A stretch of 64,000 nucleotides of DNA from NCBI GenBank assembly GCA_965217185.1, contig OZ244252.1, forward strand, positions 3,360,001-3,424,000, read 5' to 3'. The notes under the pieces are model-generated. The model was not told where the DNA came from, made no database searches, and worked only from the letters and a program-made list of their open reading frames with translations. The DNA is from an uncultured Candidatus Entotheonella sp. (GTDB lineage Bacteria; Tectomicrobia; Entotheonellia; Entotheonellales; Entotheonellaceae). The number at the start of each line of letters is the position of its first letter. Within the stretch, counting starts at the first letter, position 1. The position numbers and the translations under genes were made by a program. Below, piece by piece: positions 11,349-21,267 of this stretch.

Positions 11349-12347
11349 GTGAGCACCGATCGGATACGCAACAACATGACGGCCAGTTTCCTCAACGTGC
11401 TGCGCCACGAGCAGGAGGCCCTGGCGGGCGTCGTACAGCGTTTCAGCGACGGTGGCGAGGTCATCGCCGAGGCGTGTGAAACCCTGCTGCACGACGAGGA
11501 GCAGCGAGACCGCAACCGCATCATCGTAAGCGGCGTAGGCAAGGCCGGCATCGTGGCCATGAAGGTCGCTTCCACCCTGTCGTCCACCGGCAGCGCTGCG
11601 GTCTTCATGCACCCCGTCGAGGCCCTGCACGGCGACCTGGGGTTCGTGAGCGAGCACGACTGCGCCCTGCTGTTCTCGTATTCCGGCGAGAGCATCGAGG
11701 TGATTCGCTTGGCGGGAGAGTTGCGGCGCATCGGCTGCGCCGTGGTGGTGATCACCAGCCGCCGCACCAGCACCCTGGGGCGAATGGCGGCGGTTTGCAT
11801 CGAAACGGGCGAGGTGCGGGAGGCGTGCTATCTGGGTTTGGCGCCGTCATCGAGCACGACGGTGATGCTGGCCATCGGCGACGCGCTAGCCCTGGCAATG
11901 GCCGAAGCGCAAGGGTTTGGCGAGGCGGATTTTGGACTGAACCACCCGGCCGGCAGCCTCGGACAGCGGTTCCGCTATGTGCAGGATTTCATGCGGGCCG
12001 GGGACAAAACCGTGTGCGTTGAACCCACCGCGCAACTCAAGCGCGTAATCCAATTGGTCAGCGACGCCAAAACCGGCTCGGCCATCCTGGTCGACGCCGA
12101 TGGCGCCCTGGCAGGCATCTTTACCGACGGCGACCTGCGCCGGGCGCTCTTGCAAGGCAGCGATGTGCTGGAGGGCGCGGTCGAGCAGTTTGCCAGCATC
12201 CCCTGCCATTTCGTTCTGTACGACACCTCGATTGCCGACGCGCTCAAGCTCTTCCAGAACACGCAGACCGAGGACCTGCCGGTGCTCGACCCGGAAACGC
12301 GGCGGGTTCTGGGAACCTTGTGTCTCAAGGACATTACGGCCTTCTGA
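11349..12347 (+). CDS. kdsD: Arabinose-5-phosphate isomerase, KpsF/GutQ family (SIS plus CBS domains)
   Basis: GVGKAG, HPVEALHGDLG, LAPSSST, NHPAGSLG, GIFTDGDLRR; GTG start after GGGAGG. Confidence 0.9.
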   Translation: MSTDRIRNNMTASFLNVLRHEQEALAGVVQRFSDGGEVIAEACETLLHDEEQRDRNRIIVSGVGKAGIVAMKVASTLSSTGSAAVFMHPVEALHGDLGFVSEHDCALLFSYSGESIEVIRLAGELRRIGCAVVVITSRRTSTLGRMAAVCIETGEVREACYLGLAPSSSTTVMLAIGDALALAMAEAQGFGEADFGLNHPAGSLGQRFRYVQDFMRAGDKTVCVEPTAQLKRVIQLVSDAKTGSAILVDADGALAGIFTDGDLRRALLQGSDVLEGAVEQFASIPCHFVLYDTSIADALKLFQNTQTEDLPVLDPETRRVLGTLCLKDITAF

Positions 12348-12357
12348 ACCCCGCCCC

Positions 12358-12768
12358 TCAAGCGTCCGATGCGTCTTGCCGTTCGAGCAGTTGCAACAAC
12401 ACGCCGTGCGTCGACTTCGGGCTGACGAAGGCCAAGCGCTGTCCCGTCGAGCCCTCGGCGACCCTGACCCGTACACCCGTGTCTTGCAGATGCGCCACAG
12501 CCTCGTCCAAGTCTTCGACTTCCAGCGACAAAAGATACATCCCCTCGCCACGCTGCTCGAGAAATTCCGCTACCGGGCCTGTCGCTGAAGTCGGCGTCAC
12601 CAGTTCGATGCTGGCGCCGCCAATCTGCAAAAAGGCGTTGTGGATGCCCAGTGACGGCACTTCCCCGCCGCCCGCTTTTCCCAGGTCGAAGTTGTGCTGA
12701 TAGGTCGCTACGGCAGCCTCCAAATCCTTCACCACCACCGCTATATGATCAATGCGCGTCGCTTTCAT
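12358..12768 (-). CDS. VOC-family protein, methylmalonyl-CoA epimerase-like
   Basis: IDHIAVVVKDL, IELVTP, FLEQRGEG, FVSPKSTHGVL. Confidence 0.85.
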   Translation of the reverse strand: MKATRIDHIAVVVKDLEAAVATYQHNFDLGKAGGGEVPSLGIHNAFLQIGGASIELVTPTSATGPVAEFLEQRGEGMYLLSLEVEDLDEAVAHLQDTGVRVRVAEGSTGQRLAFVSPKSTHGVLLQLLERQDASDA

Positions 12769-12936
12769 TGCTTCACTTTCTCATGCTAAGATGCCCGACC
12801 GTTTTAGGTCCTGTTCATCATGGGTTGCGAGGTTGACTTGCCGACGCCTCGAACGTCCGAGGCACGCCACAAGCCATAGTAAATCAACGTTCCATATGGC
12901 AAAAGAGCCATCTGCCTTTGCCCGCGGAGACACAAC

Positions 12937-14169
12937 ATGCAGGAAAGCTACCTACAGGAATTGTTCGCCGAGCGCATCGGCGGCAGAAACTACGGCAAAG
13001 ACACGGCGGTGTATAAATTCGAGAAGATCCGCCGCGCCCGCGACGCCGCCGTCGCGGCGCGTCCCGACCTGGCGTTGATCGACATGGGCGTTGGCGAGCC
13101 GGACGGCATGGCCTATCCAGGCGTCGTTAACGCGCTGAGCGAGCAGGCAGCGATGCCCGAAAACCGCGGCTATTCCGACAACGGCCTGCCGGAGTTCAAA
13201 GAGGCCGTCGCGCAGTACATGGCGCGCGTGTACGGCGTGGACCTTGACCCGGCCAGCGAGATCACCCACGCCGTCGGCGCCAAGAACGCCCTGGCTTTCC
13301 TGCCAACGTGCTTCATTAACCCGGGCGACGCCGTCATTACGACCGCTCCGGGCTACCCGGTCCTCGGCACCCACTGCCGCTGGTACGGCGGCGACGTTTA
13401 CACCCTGCCGCTGTTGGAGGAGAACGCTTACCTACCCGACCTCAGCAGTCTGACAGACGAGCAGTTGGCAAAGGCCAAAATCCTCCTCTTCAACTACCCG
13501 AACAACCCGACCGGCGCGGTGGCGACCCCCGAATTCTTCGAAGAAGTCGTGGCCTTCGCCAAGCAGCACAAACTACTGGTGGTGCAGGATGCCGCCTACG
13601 CCGCCCTGGTATTCGAGGGCCAGCCGTTGAGTTTTCTCTCCATTCCGGGCGCGAAGGAGGTGGGGGTGGAAATCCACAGCATGTCCAAGGCCTTCAACAT
13701 GACGGGATGGCGCCTGGCCTGGATTTGCGGCAACGAATTGGCGGTGCGGGCGTTCGCCGACACCAAGGACAACTTCGACTCCGGCCAATTCAAGGCCATC
13801 CAGATGGCGTCCACGTACGCCTTGCAGCACCCCGAAATCACCGAGGAAATCGCCGACAAGTACAACCGTCGCCTGGCGATGCTGGCAGATGCCCTCAGCA
13901 CTATGGGCTTCGAGGCGAAAAAACCGGCAGCCTCTTTCTTCCTGTACGTTCGGGCGCCTCGGGGCGTCGTGGGCGGTCAGCGGTTCGACACCGGGGAGGA
14001 TTTCTCGCAGTTTCTCATCCGCGAGAAGCTGATCTGCGCCGTGCCGTGGGACGACGCCGGGGCGTATATTCGGTTCTCGGTGACATTCCAGGCCGCCTCG
14101 CTGGAGGAAGAGAAGGACATCGTGCGCGAGATCGGCGCGCGCCTGTCGGACGTGCCGTTCGAGTTTTAG
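12937..14169 (+). CDS. dapL: LL-diaminopimelate aminotransferase
   Basis: FAERIGG..YKFEKI N-terminus, NYPNNPTG, DAAY, HSMSKAFNMTGWR, VPWDDAG. Confidence 0.85.
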   Translation: MQESYLQELFAERIGGRNYGKDTAVYKFEKIRRARDAAVAARPDLALIDMGVGEPDGMAYPGVVNALSEQAAMPENRGYSDNGLPEFKEAVAQYMARVYGVDLDPASEITHAVGAKNALAFLPTCFINPGDAVITTAPGYPVLGTHCRWYGGDVYTLPLLEENAYLPDLSSLTDEQLAKAKILLFNYPNNPTGAVATPEFFEEVVAFAKQHKLLVVQDAAYAALVFEGQPLSFLSIPGAKEVGVEIHSMSKAFNMTGWRLAWICGNELAVRAFADTKDNFDSGQFKAIQMASTYALQHPEITEEIADKYNRRLAMLADALSTMGFEAKKPAASFFLYVRAPRGVVGGQRFDTGEDFSQFLIREKLICAVPWDDAGAYIRFSVTFQAASLEEEKDIVREIGARLSDVPFEF

Positions 14170-14170
14170 C

Positions 14171-14770
14171 ATGGAAACCATTCAGCGCGTCATGCTGGGC
14201 TCGCAAAACGGTGCCAAAATCCGCGGCGTACAAGCCGCCTTCAACGGCTTGCCGGCGGCGGTTCAAGGCCCCGACCTGCGATCACCAGAGACCTGGACCT
14301 GCCAGGTTGAAACCGGTGTCAATGAGGAACCTTGGGGATTCCCCGCCACCATACAAGGCTCCCAAAACCGGGCGCGCGCCGCGTTTGAACACCTCGAGAC
14401 GGAAGACGCACAAGCCGGACACGTCGCGCTCGGTATCGGCGTCGAGAGCGGCTTCATCGAGGTGACCCCCACTGCCTTCACGCTCTACAATTTTGACGTC
14501 TGCTGCCTGTTCGACGGCAGTTGCGACTACTTCGGTATCTCGCCCGGTTTTGAATACCCCCGCCGTCTGGTGCGCGACATCTTCCTGCATCGACAACCCT
14601 TCCAAGCTGCCCGCCAATACATCACCACCAGCCCCGACATCGAGCAGCAAGGCGGCATCGTCGGCGTCCTGGCCGCCGGCCACATCGACCGCCCGGAAAT
14701 GACCCGTTTGGCCGCCCACATGGCGCTCATCCGCTACCTGCAACGCCACGATTACGATAGGTGGAGTTAG
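14171..14770 (+). CDS. Non-canonical inosine/xanthosine triphosphatase (YjjX/DUF84 family)
   Basis: GSQNGAK, ETGVNEEP, GSQNRA, GIGVESG, QQGGIVGVL..R. Confidence 0.85.
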   Translation: METIQRVMLGSQNGAKIRGVQAAFNGLPAAVQGPDLRSPETWTCQVETGVNEEPWGFPATIQGSQNRARAAFEHLETEDAQAGHVALGIGVESGFIEVTPTAFTLYNFDVCCLFDGSCDYFGISPGFEYPRRLVRDIFLHRQPFQAARQYITTSPDIEQQGGIVGVLAAGHIDRPEMTRLAAHMALIRYLQRHDYDRWS

Positions 14771-14837
14771 AACTCACTTGGCACTTACAGCCGCTTGCAC
14801 CGTGGCCATTTCCAGGGGCGAAGAGGGCAAATCGTCC

Positions 14838-14865
14838 TCGACAATTTGCATTACAAATGCATAAT
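14838..14865 (+). promoter_or_regulatory. Putative sigma70 promoter (TCGACA-16-CATAAT) overlapped by palindrome TGCATT-aca-AATGCA
   Basis: Palindrome at 14847-14861; the -10 box ends 8 nt before the ATG at 14874. Confidence 0.5.
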
Positions 14866-14873
14866 TTCCACTT

Positions 14874-16097
14874 ATGAACTCACGATATGTCAATCGCTCA
14901 CTGGAGCCGGTGCTAACAAAAGCGGCCTCGGAGTTTCCGGCCGTGGTCCTGACCGGGCCGCGCCAGTCGGGCAAGACGACCCTGCTACGACACCTCTTCG
15001 AGGGGCGCTACCGGTACGTATCACTGGAGCCGCCGGACGTTCGCGTGGCCGCCGCGGAAGACCCGCGCGGCTTCCTGGAATTGTGCCCGGCGCCGGTCAT
15101 CTTCGATGAGGTGCAATACGCCCCCGATCTGCTTCCCTACGTCAAGGAGAAGATCGACGCAAACCGTGCCAGGAGCGGTCAGTATCTGCTGACCGGTTCG
15201 CAGAATTTGTTGCTCGCCGAGAAGGTGACCGAGTCATTGGCGGGCCGGGCAGCCATGCTGCGTCTGTTACCGCTGTCGAGGCGGGAAGCGGAGGGACGTC
15301 CGCAGCTTGATCTTGCGTGGGAGAGAGAACGCCCATCGTCCTGGCGGTCGCCGCAAGCCTTTGGTGGCTTGTGGGAAGGCTTCCTGAGAGGGGGGTATCC
15401 CGAGCTTGCGGTACAGACCCAGCGCGATGCATCCCTTTGGCATGCCAGCTACATCCAGACCTATCTTGAACGGGACGTACGCGCGCTGCGGCAGGTCGGG
15501 GACCTGACCCAGTATCAGAATTTCCTCCGAGTACTGGCAGCCCGAAGCGCACAACTCGTGAACCTGACCGACGTTGCCCGGGACCTTGGCATCGCGGTTA
15601 ACACGGTCAAGGCGTGGCTCTCCGTGCTTGAGGCCACTTACCAGGTGATCGTCCTGCGCCCCTATTTCGCCAACGTCGGGAAACGACTCGTCAAGACCCC
15701 GAAAGTGTATTTCACCGACGTCGGCACACTCTGCTACTTGGCAGGACTCAAGGACCCCGAACACGCCGCATCAGGCCCGATGGGCGGCGCCATCATGGAA
15801 ACAGCGGTGCTCTCGGAGATCGTCAAGACGTTGACCCATCGGGGAATCGAGCCGCGCGTTTGTTTTTGGCAGACCCAAGCCGGAACGGAGGTGGACTTCG
15901 TGGTCGATACCGGCGCCGGGCTCGTTCCCGTCGAAGTCAAGCTGTCGGCCACCCCGCGACCCGCCATGGCCGCCGCCATCAAGACATTCCAGCGGGATAT
16001 GGGCAGCACCGCGATGCCCGGATACGTGGTTCATCCCGGCGATATACGGTTGCCCTTAGGCCCTGGCGTCACCGCGCTGCCTTTCGCCGAGCTTTAG
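14874..16097 (+). CDS. AAA_14 ATPase with C-terminal DUF4143 domain
   Basis: Walker A GPRQSGKTT, Walker B VIFDEVQ, LTGS, ESLAGR, GGYP, YLERD, KTPKVYFTDVG, EVDFVV..PVEVK. Confidence 0.92.
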   Translation: MNSRYVNRSLEPVLTKAASEFPAVVLTGPRQSGKTTLLRHLFEGRYRYVSLEPPDVRVAAAEDPRGFLELCPAPVIFDEVQYAPDLLPYVKEKIDANRARSGQYLLTGSQNLLLAEKVTESLAGRAAMLRLLPLSRREAEGRPQLDLAWERERPSSWRSPQAFGGLWEGFLRGGYPELAVQTQRDASLWHASYIQTYLERDVRALRQVGDLTQYQNFLRVLAARSAQLVNLTDVARDLGIAVNTVKAWLSVLEATYQVIVLRPYFANVGKRLVKTPKVYFTDVGTLCYLAGLKDPEHAASGPMGGAIMETAVLSEIVKTLTHRGIEPRVCFWQTQAGTEVDFVVDTGAGLVPVEVKLSATPRPAMAAAIKTFQRDMGSTAMPGYVVHPGDIRLPLGPGVTALPFAEL

Positions 16098-16208
16098 TGT
16101 CGCAGTGGCAGATTCCGACCTACAAAAGTGGAAGGCAATCGGATGACCGTCCGTGGTCTGGCGCCGCCGGCATAAAAACGCTGCAATGACGTGGAGAGGG
16201 CGATAGCT

Positions 16209-17651
16209 ATGCCTGTGTCAGAAGAAATGCGCGCAGTGGAAGGCAAGATCGACGACACGATCCGATCTCTACCGACATGGATGAATGATCGGTACAAAAT
16301 TCTCAAGGGCATCATGGGCCTCTACAGAGACGCCATTGAGTTAGTGCACGTTCAAGCTCTGGATGCCAGATTATTCGAGAATAGTGATGCCCTTCACTCC
16401 ATACTAGGAAGGGAGGATAGGGCACGGGTTGGGATTCTTTGGGCCTTGAAGTGGGCGACCGCATACTGCCATTTGACCACATCAAATAACACGGTTCGTC
16501 CAGAGGACCTCGTTTCGACGCTCCTCCTTGGAGAAACCTACGACGCACTGGTTGACGTCTTGAAGTACGCCAAAATGGGCTTAGTTGAGTTATCCGTCGA
16601 CCGCGAGCGCAAAGAAATTATTTGCTACGAGGGCAACGACCTCACGGGATTCGATGCCGATATTGTCGAACACCAGCAGGCTCTTGGTCCCACCCACGCA
16701 CACGCCTCGTTGACCGCCGATTCAGATCAACTCACCTCGAACTGGTGTGCGGGTGATTACCGGAGAGTGGTCCATCAGTTAGCCAAATTCGCAGCCGCCC
16801 AGGAAAGCCGGATCGGAATTCATCCAAAAATCGCGGAGCAACTGGACATAGGAGATTTTCCCGTAGCGCAGCCGACCCTTGTGTGGCTGGACCGGCCACG
16901 GCGCGAGCCAGATGCACAAGTATTTGACTCTTTAACGCTACCTTCCAAAATATCCGATGAGTTTATGTGGGGCGCAAGGTCGCTACTGGAAACACCTATC
17001 GTGAAGATTGCAAGTCGATTCTGCGCCCTTTCGTCAGACCTCAAGGCGATTTCTCTGATCGACGACTACATGCTGCGTCTAGCTGCTCGGCTAGATGAGA
17101 AGCAATACAGCAGTGTGAGCGGCCTGCGAGAAGCTCGCATGGCCAACGCCTGTCGAACAGCATTCGAGGGAGGTACTGGTGTTTGGACGGTCCGCAGTCC
17201 CAAGATTTTGACCGACCCTGCACAAGAGGTCGATGTTGTCGCATCAAGGTCAGATGAAAGTCTCGTCATCGAGCTGAAGTCAACTCTACGACCCGAAACG
17301 GTGTGGGAAATTTACAAGAGAAATCGGAACATCCTGCACGGTGTGTCGCAGGCGCAGAGTCTTGTTCGAAGGGGTGTTGCTGATCGAGGATTGGTGATTA
17401 CGGATGGCTATCGGGGCGACTACCAATGCTGGGCTGAGGCACTTAGGTGTGGTATCACCATAGGAACTCTTCATGACCTTCATGACTTGGCGCGTGATCC
17501 GCAAGACGCCATTCAATTGATGAAGCAGATGGCCGGTATCGCCACGGGTACATACACGCCGCGGAGGTTGCCCGAGCGCAAAGCGGATTTGCTAGGGTGG
17601 AAACTACGTCTTATAGACGCTTCACTGGACGAACGAGACCGAAGGCCTTGA
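16209..17651 (+). CDS. Hypothetical protein with C-terminal PD-(D/E)xK (NERD/REase-like) nuclease motif
   Basis: Long ORF with lower GC and atypical codons; EVDVV-x10-ELKS at 17226-17282; GGAGAGG before ATG 16209 (alternative GTG start at 16191). Confidence 0.75.
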   Translation: MPVSEEMRAVEGKIDDTIRSLPTWMNDRYKILKGIMGLYRDAIELVHVQALDARLFENSDALHSILGREDRARVGILWALKWATAYCHLTTSNNTVRPEDLVSTLLLGETYDALVDVLKYAKMGLVELSVDRERKEIICYEGNDLTGFDADIVEHQQALGPTHAHASLTADSDQLTSNWCAGDYRRVVHQLAKFAAAQESRIGIHPKIAEQLDIGDFPVAQPTLVWLDRPRREPDAQVFDSLTLPSKISDEFMWGARSLLETPIVKIASRFCALSSDLKAISLIDDYMLRLAARLDEKQYSSVSGLREARMANACRTAFEGGTGVWTVRSPKILTDPAQEVDVVASRSDESLVIELKSTLRPETVWEIYKRNRNILHGVSQAQSLVRRGVADRGLVITDGYRGDYQCWAEALRCGITIGTLHDLHDLARDPQDAIQLMKQMAGIATGTYTPRRLPERKADLLGWKLRLIDASLDERDRRP

Positions 17652-17795
17652 GTAGCAGTTGCATGGCCAGTCGCTAAGCAGGAGAGTTCTGAACTATCGG
17701 CCATGTCAACCGAATCATGCATGCCCCTCGATAAACTTCACTCCAGACAATGATGTCGATGAGTTGGCGGGAAACACATAGCCGTTGCTGGTGAA

Positions 17796-18191
17796 CTATA
17801 CGCTCAGCCCTTCGAGCAGCCATTTCGGAAAGCGTACCGGCCGTTGCTGGTCGTTGACGCACATATGGGTGGTGGTGCCGGAGGCGAGGAGTTGTTCCTG
17901 ACGGGTGACCTCGTAAGCGTAGCAGAGTTGGCGGGATTTCAGTTCCTGCACGCGGGTATGAACGGTGATTTCCTCATCGTAACGCGCGGAAGCGGTCAGA
18001 CGGCACTGGAACTCCGTGACTGGGAAGTAGTAGCCGCGGCTTTCCAGTTCGGTGTAGGGCATGCCGACCGCCCGCATGTATTCCGAGCGGCCGCATTCAA
18101 ACCACACCAGGTAGTTGGCGTAATAGACGATGCCCATCTGATCGGTTTCGGCGTACCGGGGGCGCAGGTGCAGGCTGACGATTCGTGACAT
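17796..18191 (-). CDS. Acyl-CoA thioesterase, YbgC/FadM (4HBT) family
   Basis: RYAETDQMGIVYYANYLVWFECGR, SARYDEE. Confidence 0.93.
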   Translation of the reverse strand: MSRIVSLHLRPRYAETDQMGIVYYANYLVWFECGRSEYMRAVGMPYTELESRGYYFPVTEFQCRLTASARYDEEITVHTRVQELKSRQLCYAYEVTRQEQLLASGTTTHMCVNDQQRPVRFPKWLLEGLSV

Positions 18192-18226
18192 GGGTTCGCT
18201 TTCCGCTCCGCAGACGGCAGGGGTGG

Positions 18227-19369
<1,143 letters not shown>

Positions 19370-19472
19370 GGAACCTCCGGAGCGCCGCGGCGCCAATCGT
19401 CAGGGTTGCATCGTCGAGGGCTTGGAAACTGTTTCAACTCATGTTAGCGCGTTCGGTCCGCCGCCCGCAAAC

Positions 19473-21068
19473 TCACGCCGGGCTTGCCTGGCTCCGGGGT
19501 CGGCTTGCCAGCCGCCGCATGACGGTCCACGCCATGGGTAGGCAGGCCAAGAGGAACGCCACGCCAATCATCAGAAAGCTGTCGCGGAAGCCGGCGGCAA
19601 CGGCTTCCAGGTCCATCTGCTGCTTGATCGTCTTCAAGGCTCCCCAATCCGCGCTTCCGTCCATGATCCCGGCCTGATTCAGATAGCGCTTCACGTCGTC
19701 CAGGGCCGTCGCATGGGTGGGCGCCATGGCGTCGTACTCGTGGTAGCTCACCAATTGGTGAGCGGCGCGCTGCCGTTCGAAGAACACGCTGGTCATGGTG
19801 ACGCCGAGGCCGGCACCGATGTTGCGCGTGACGCCCATCAGGCCCTGACCCATGCGTACGTCTTCGGGCGGTAGCATCTGAACGTTGAGCGCCGTCAGCG
19901 ACGTGATGGTCGAAAACATGCAGGTTCGGTACAGAATGATGTAGCCGATCAGCACCCCGGCAGTCGTCAACGTCGTAACCGTGGCGAAACTCATGAACAC
20001 GCCGGTGAGCACCATGAACCCGACCATGGCCATGACGGCAGGGGAAATCAGGTCATTGAGGCGGCCGCTGACCACGCCGCTCAGTCCCGATATGATCAGC
20101 GCCGGCACGATGATCAGGCCGGCCTGCAATGGCGTGAAACCCATCACCTGTTGGAGAAAGATCGGTACCATGAATTGGGCGCCGAACAGGCCGATCATGT
20201 TGAAAAACGCGGTGATGCAGACGTTCCGAAGCCCCGCCCGGCGAAACAGCCGCAGGTTCACGGCGGGGAAACGGGTGAATAGTTCCCACAGGATGAACAG
20301 GCCACCACCGGACGCGGCACCGATATTCAAGAGGACGATTGTTGACACGGCGGTGCTGCGATCCCGTGCCAGGCTGATCCCCAGTAGCAACGGCACCAGA
20401 AAGCCGCCCAGAAACAAGAGGCCCATGTAGTCGACTGGCTCACGGCGCCCCTCGCGTTGCTGCGGCAGCATCAACCACCCCAGCAGCACCGACAGGACGC
20501 CGGTGGGCAGGCCCATGAAGAAGATCAGGCGCCATGAGAGGTGCTCAAGGAAGTAGCCGCCCAAGGTGAACGAAATGATGTGTCCGGCTGACCAGCCGAC
20601 GGTGCGCAGCCCCAGCGCCAACCCCCGCTGCCGGACCGGAAATGTCTGCACCAGAATAACCGCCGTCAGGCCCTCCATCGGACCCAGTGCGATGCCTTGC
20701 AGCAGCCGGAAGAACACCAGCATAGGCAGATTGGTAGATAAGCCGCAGCCGATCGACGAAATGACGAAGCCTGCCATGATGGTCACGAACAGGTTGCGGT
20801 TCCCCATGACCGCGCCCAGCCAGCCCAGAATGGGAATCATCAGCGTGCGGGCGATGAGAAAGCCGGTGGTGACCCATTGCGTGGTCGCCAAGTCTGTGCC
20901 AAACGCCGCCATCAGACTGGGAATGGCCAGGTTCACGCTGTTGCCGGCGAACGTCTGGGTTCCCCCCGCCACCAGGACGATGGCGGCCACCAGCCATTTG
21001 TAGCTCGGCGCTTCGGTATCCAGCGCCAATACGGTAGAGGGGCGCGCCCCTTCTACGGCTCCTGCCAT
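19473..21068 (-). CDS. DHA2-family MFS efflux permease (EmrB/QacA type)
   Basis: About 14 hydrophobic segments, VNLAIP, QWVTT, FRLLQG, SWRLIF, NLRLF. Confidence 0.9.
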   Translation of the reverse strand: MAGAVEGARPSTVLALDTEAPSYKWLVAAIVLVAGGTQTFAGNSVNLAIPSLMAAFGTDLATTQWVTTGFLIARTLMIPILGWLGAVMGNRNLFVTIMAGFVISSIGCGLSTNLPMLVFFRLLQGIALGPMEGLTAVILVQTFPVRQRGLALGLRTVGWSAGHIISFTLGGYFLEHLSWRLIFFMGLPTGVLSVLLGWLMLPQQREGRREPVDYMGLLFLGGFLVPLLLGISLARDRSTAVSTIVLLNIGAASGGGLFILWELFTRFPAVNLRLFRRAGLRNVCITAFFNMIGLFGAQFMVPIFLQQVMGFTPLQAGLIIVPALIISGLSGVVSGRLNDLISPAVMAMVGFMVLTGVFMSFATVTTLTTAGVLIGYIILYRTCMFSTITSLTALNVQMLPPEDVRMGQGLMGVTRNIGAGLGVTMTSVFFERQRAAHQLVSYHEYDAMAPTHATALDDVKRYLNQAGIMDGSADWGALKTIKQQMDLEAVAAGFRDSFLMIGVAFLLACLPMAWTVMRRLASRPRSQASPA

Positions 21069-21267
21069 GTTCGTTTCTCTTTCCGGCCCGGTTCTGGCAT
21101 CAAAACAAGAAGCAGTGTAACCGAATCAGCGAGCCCAGTATCGGCCTCGGGTGCCCGGTTTATGCTATGGTAATGCTATGGGCGTTTTGAGGATATTGAC
21201 GAGTTGCACAGTTACCCGCGCAGGACGATAACACCATCATTTACGATCACTAGGGAGAGAAAACGAA

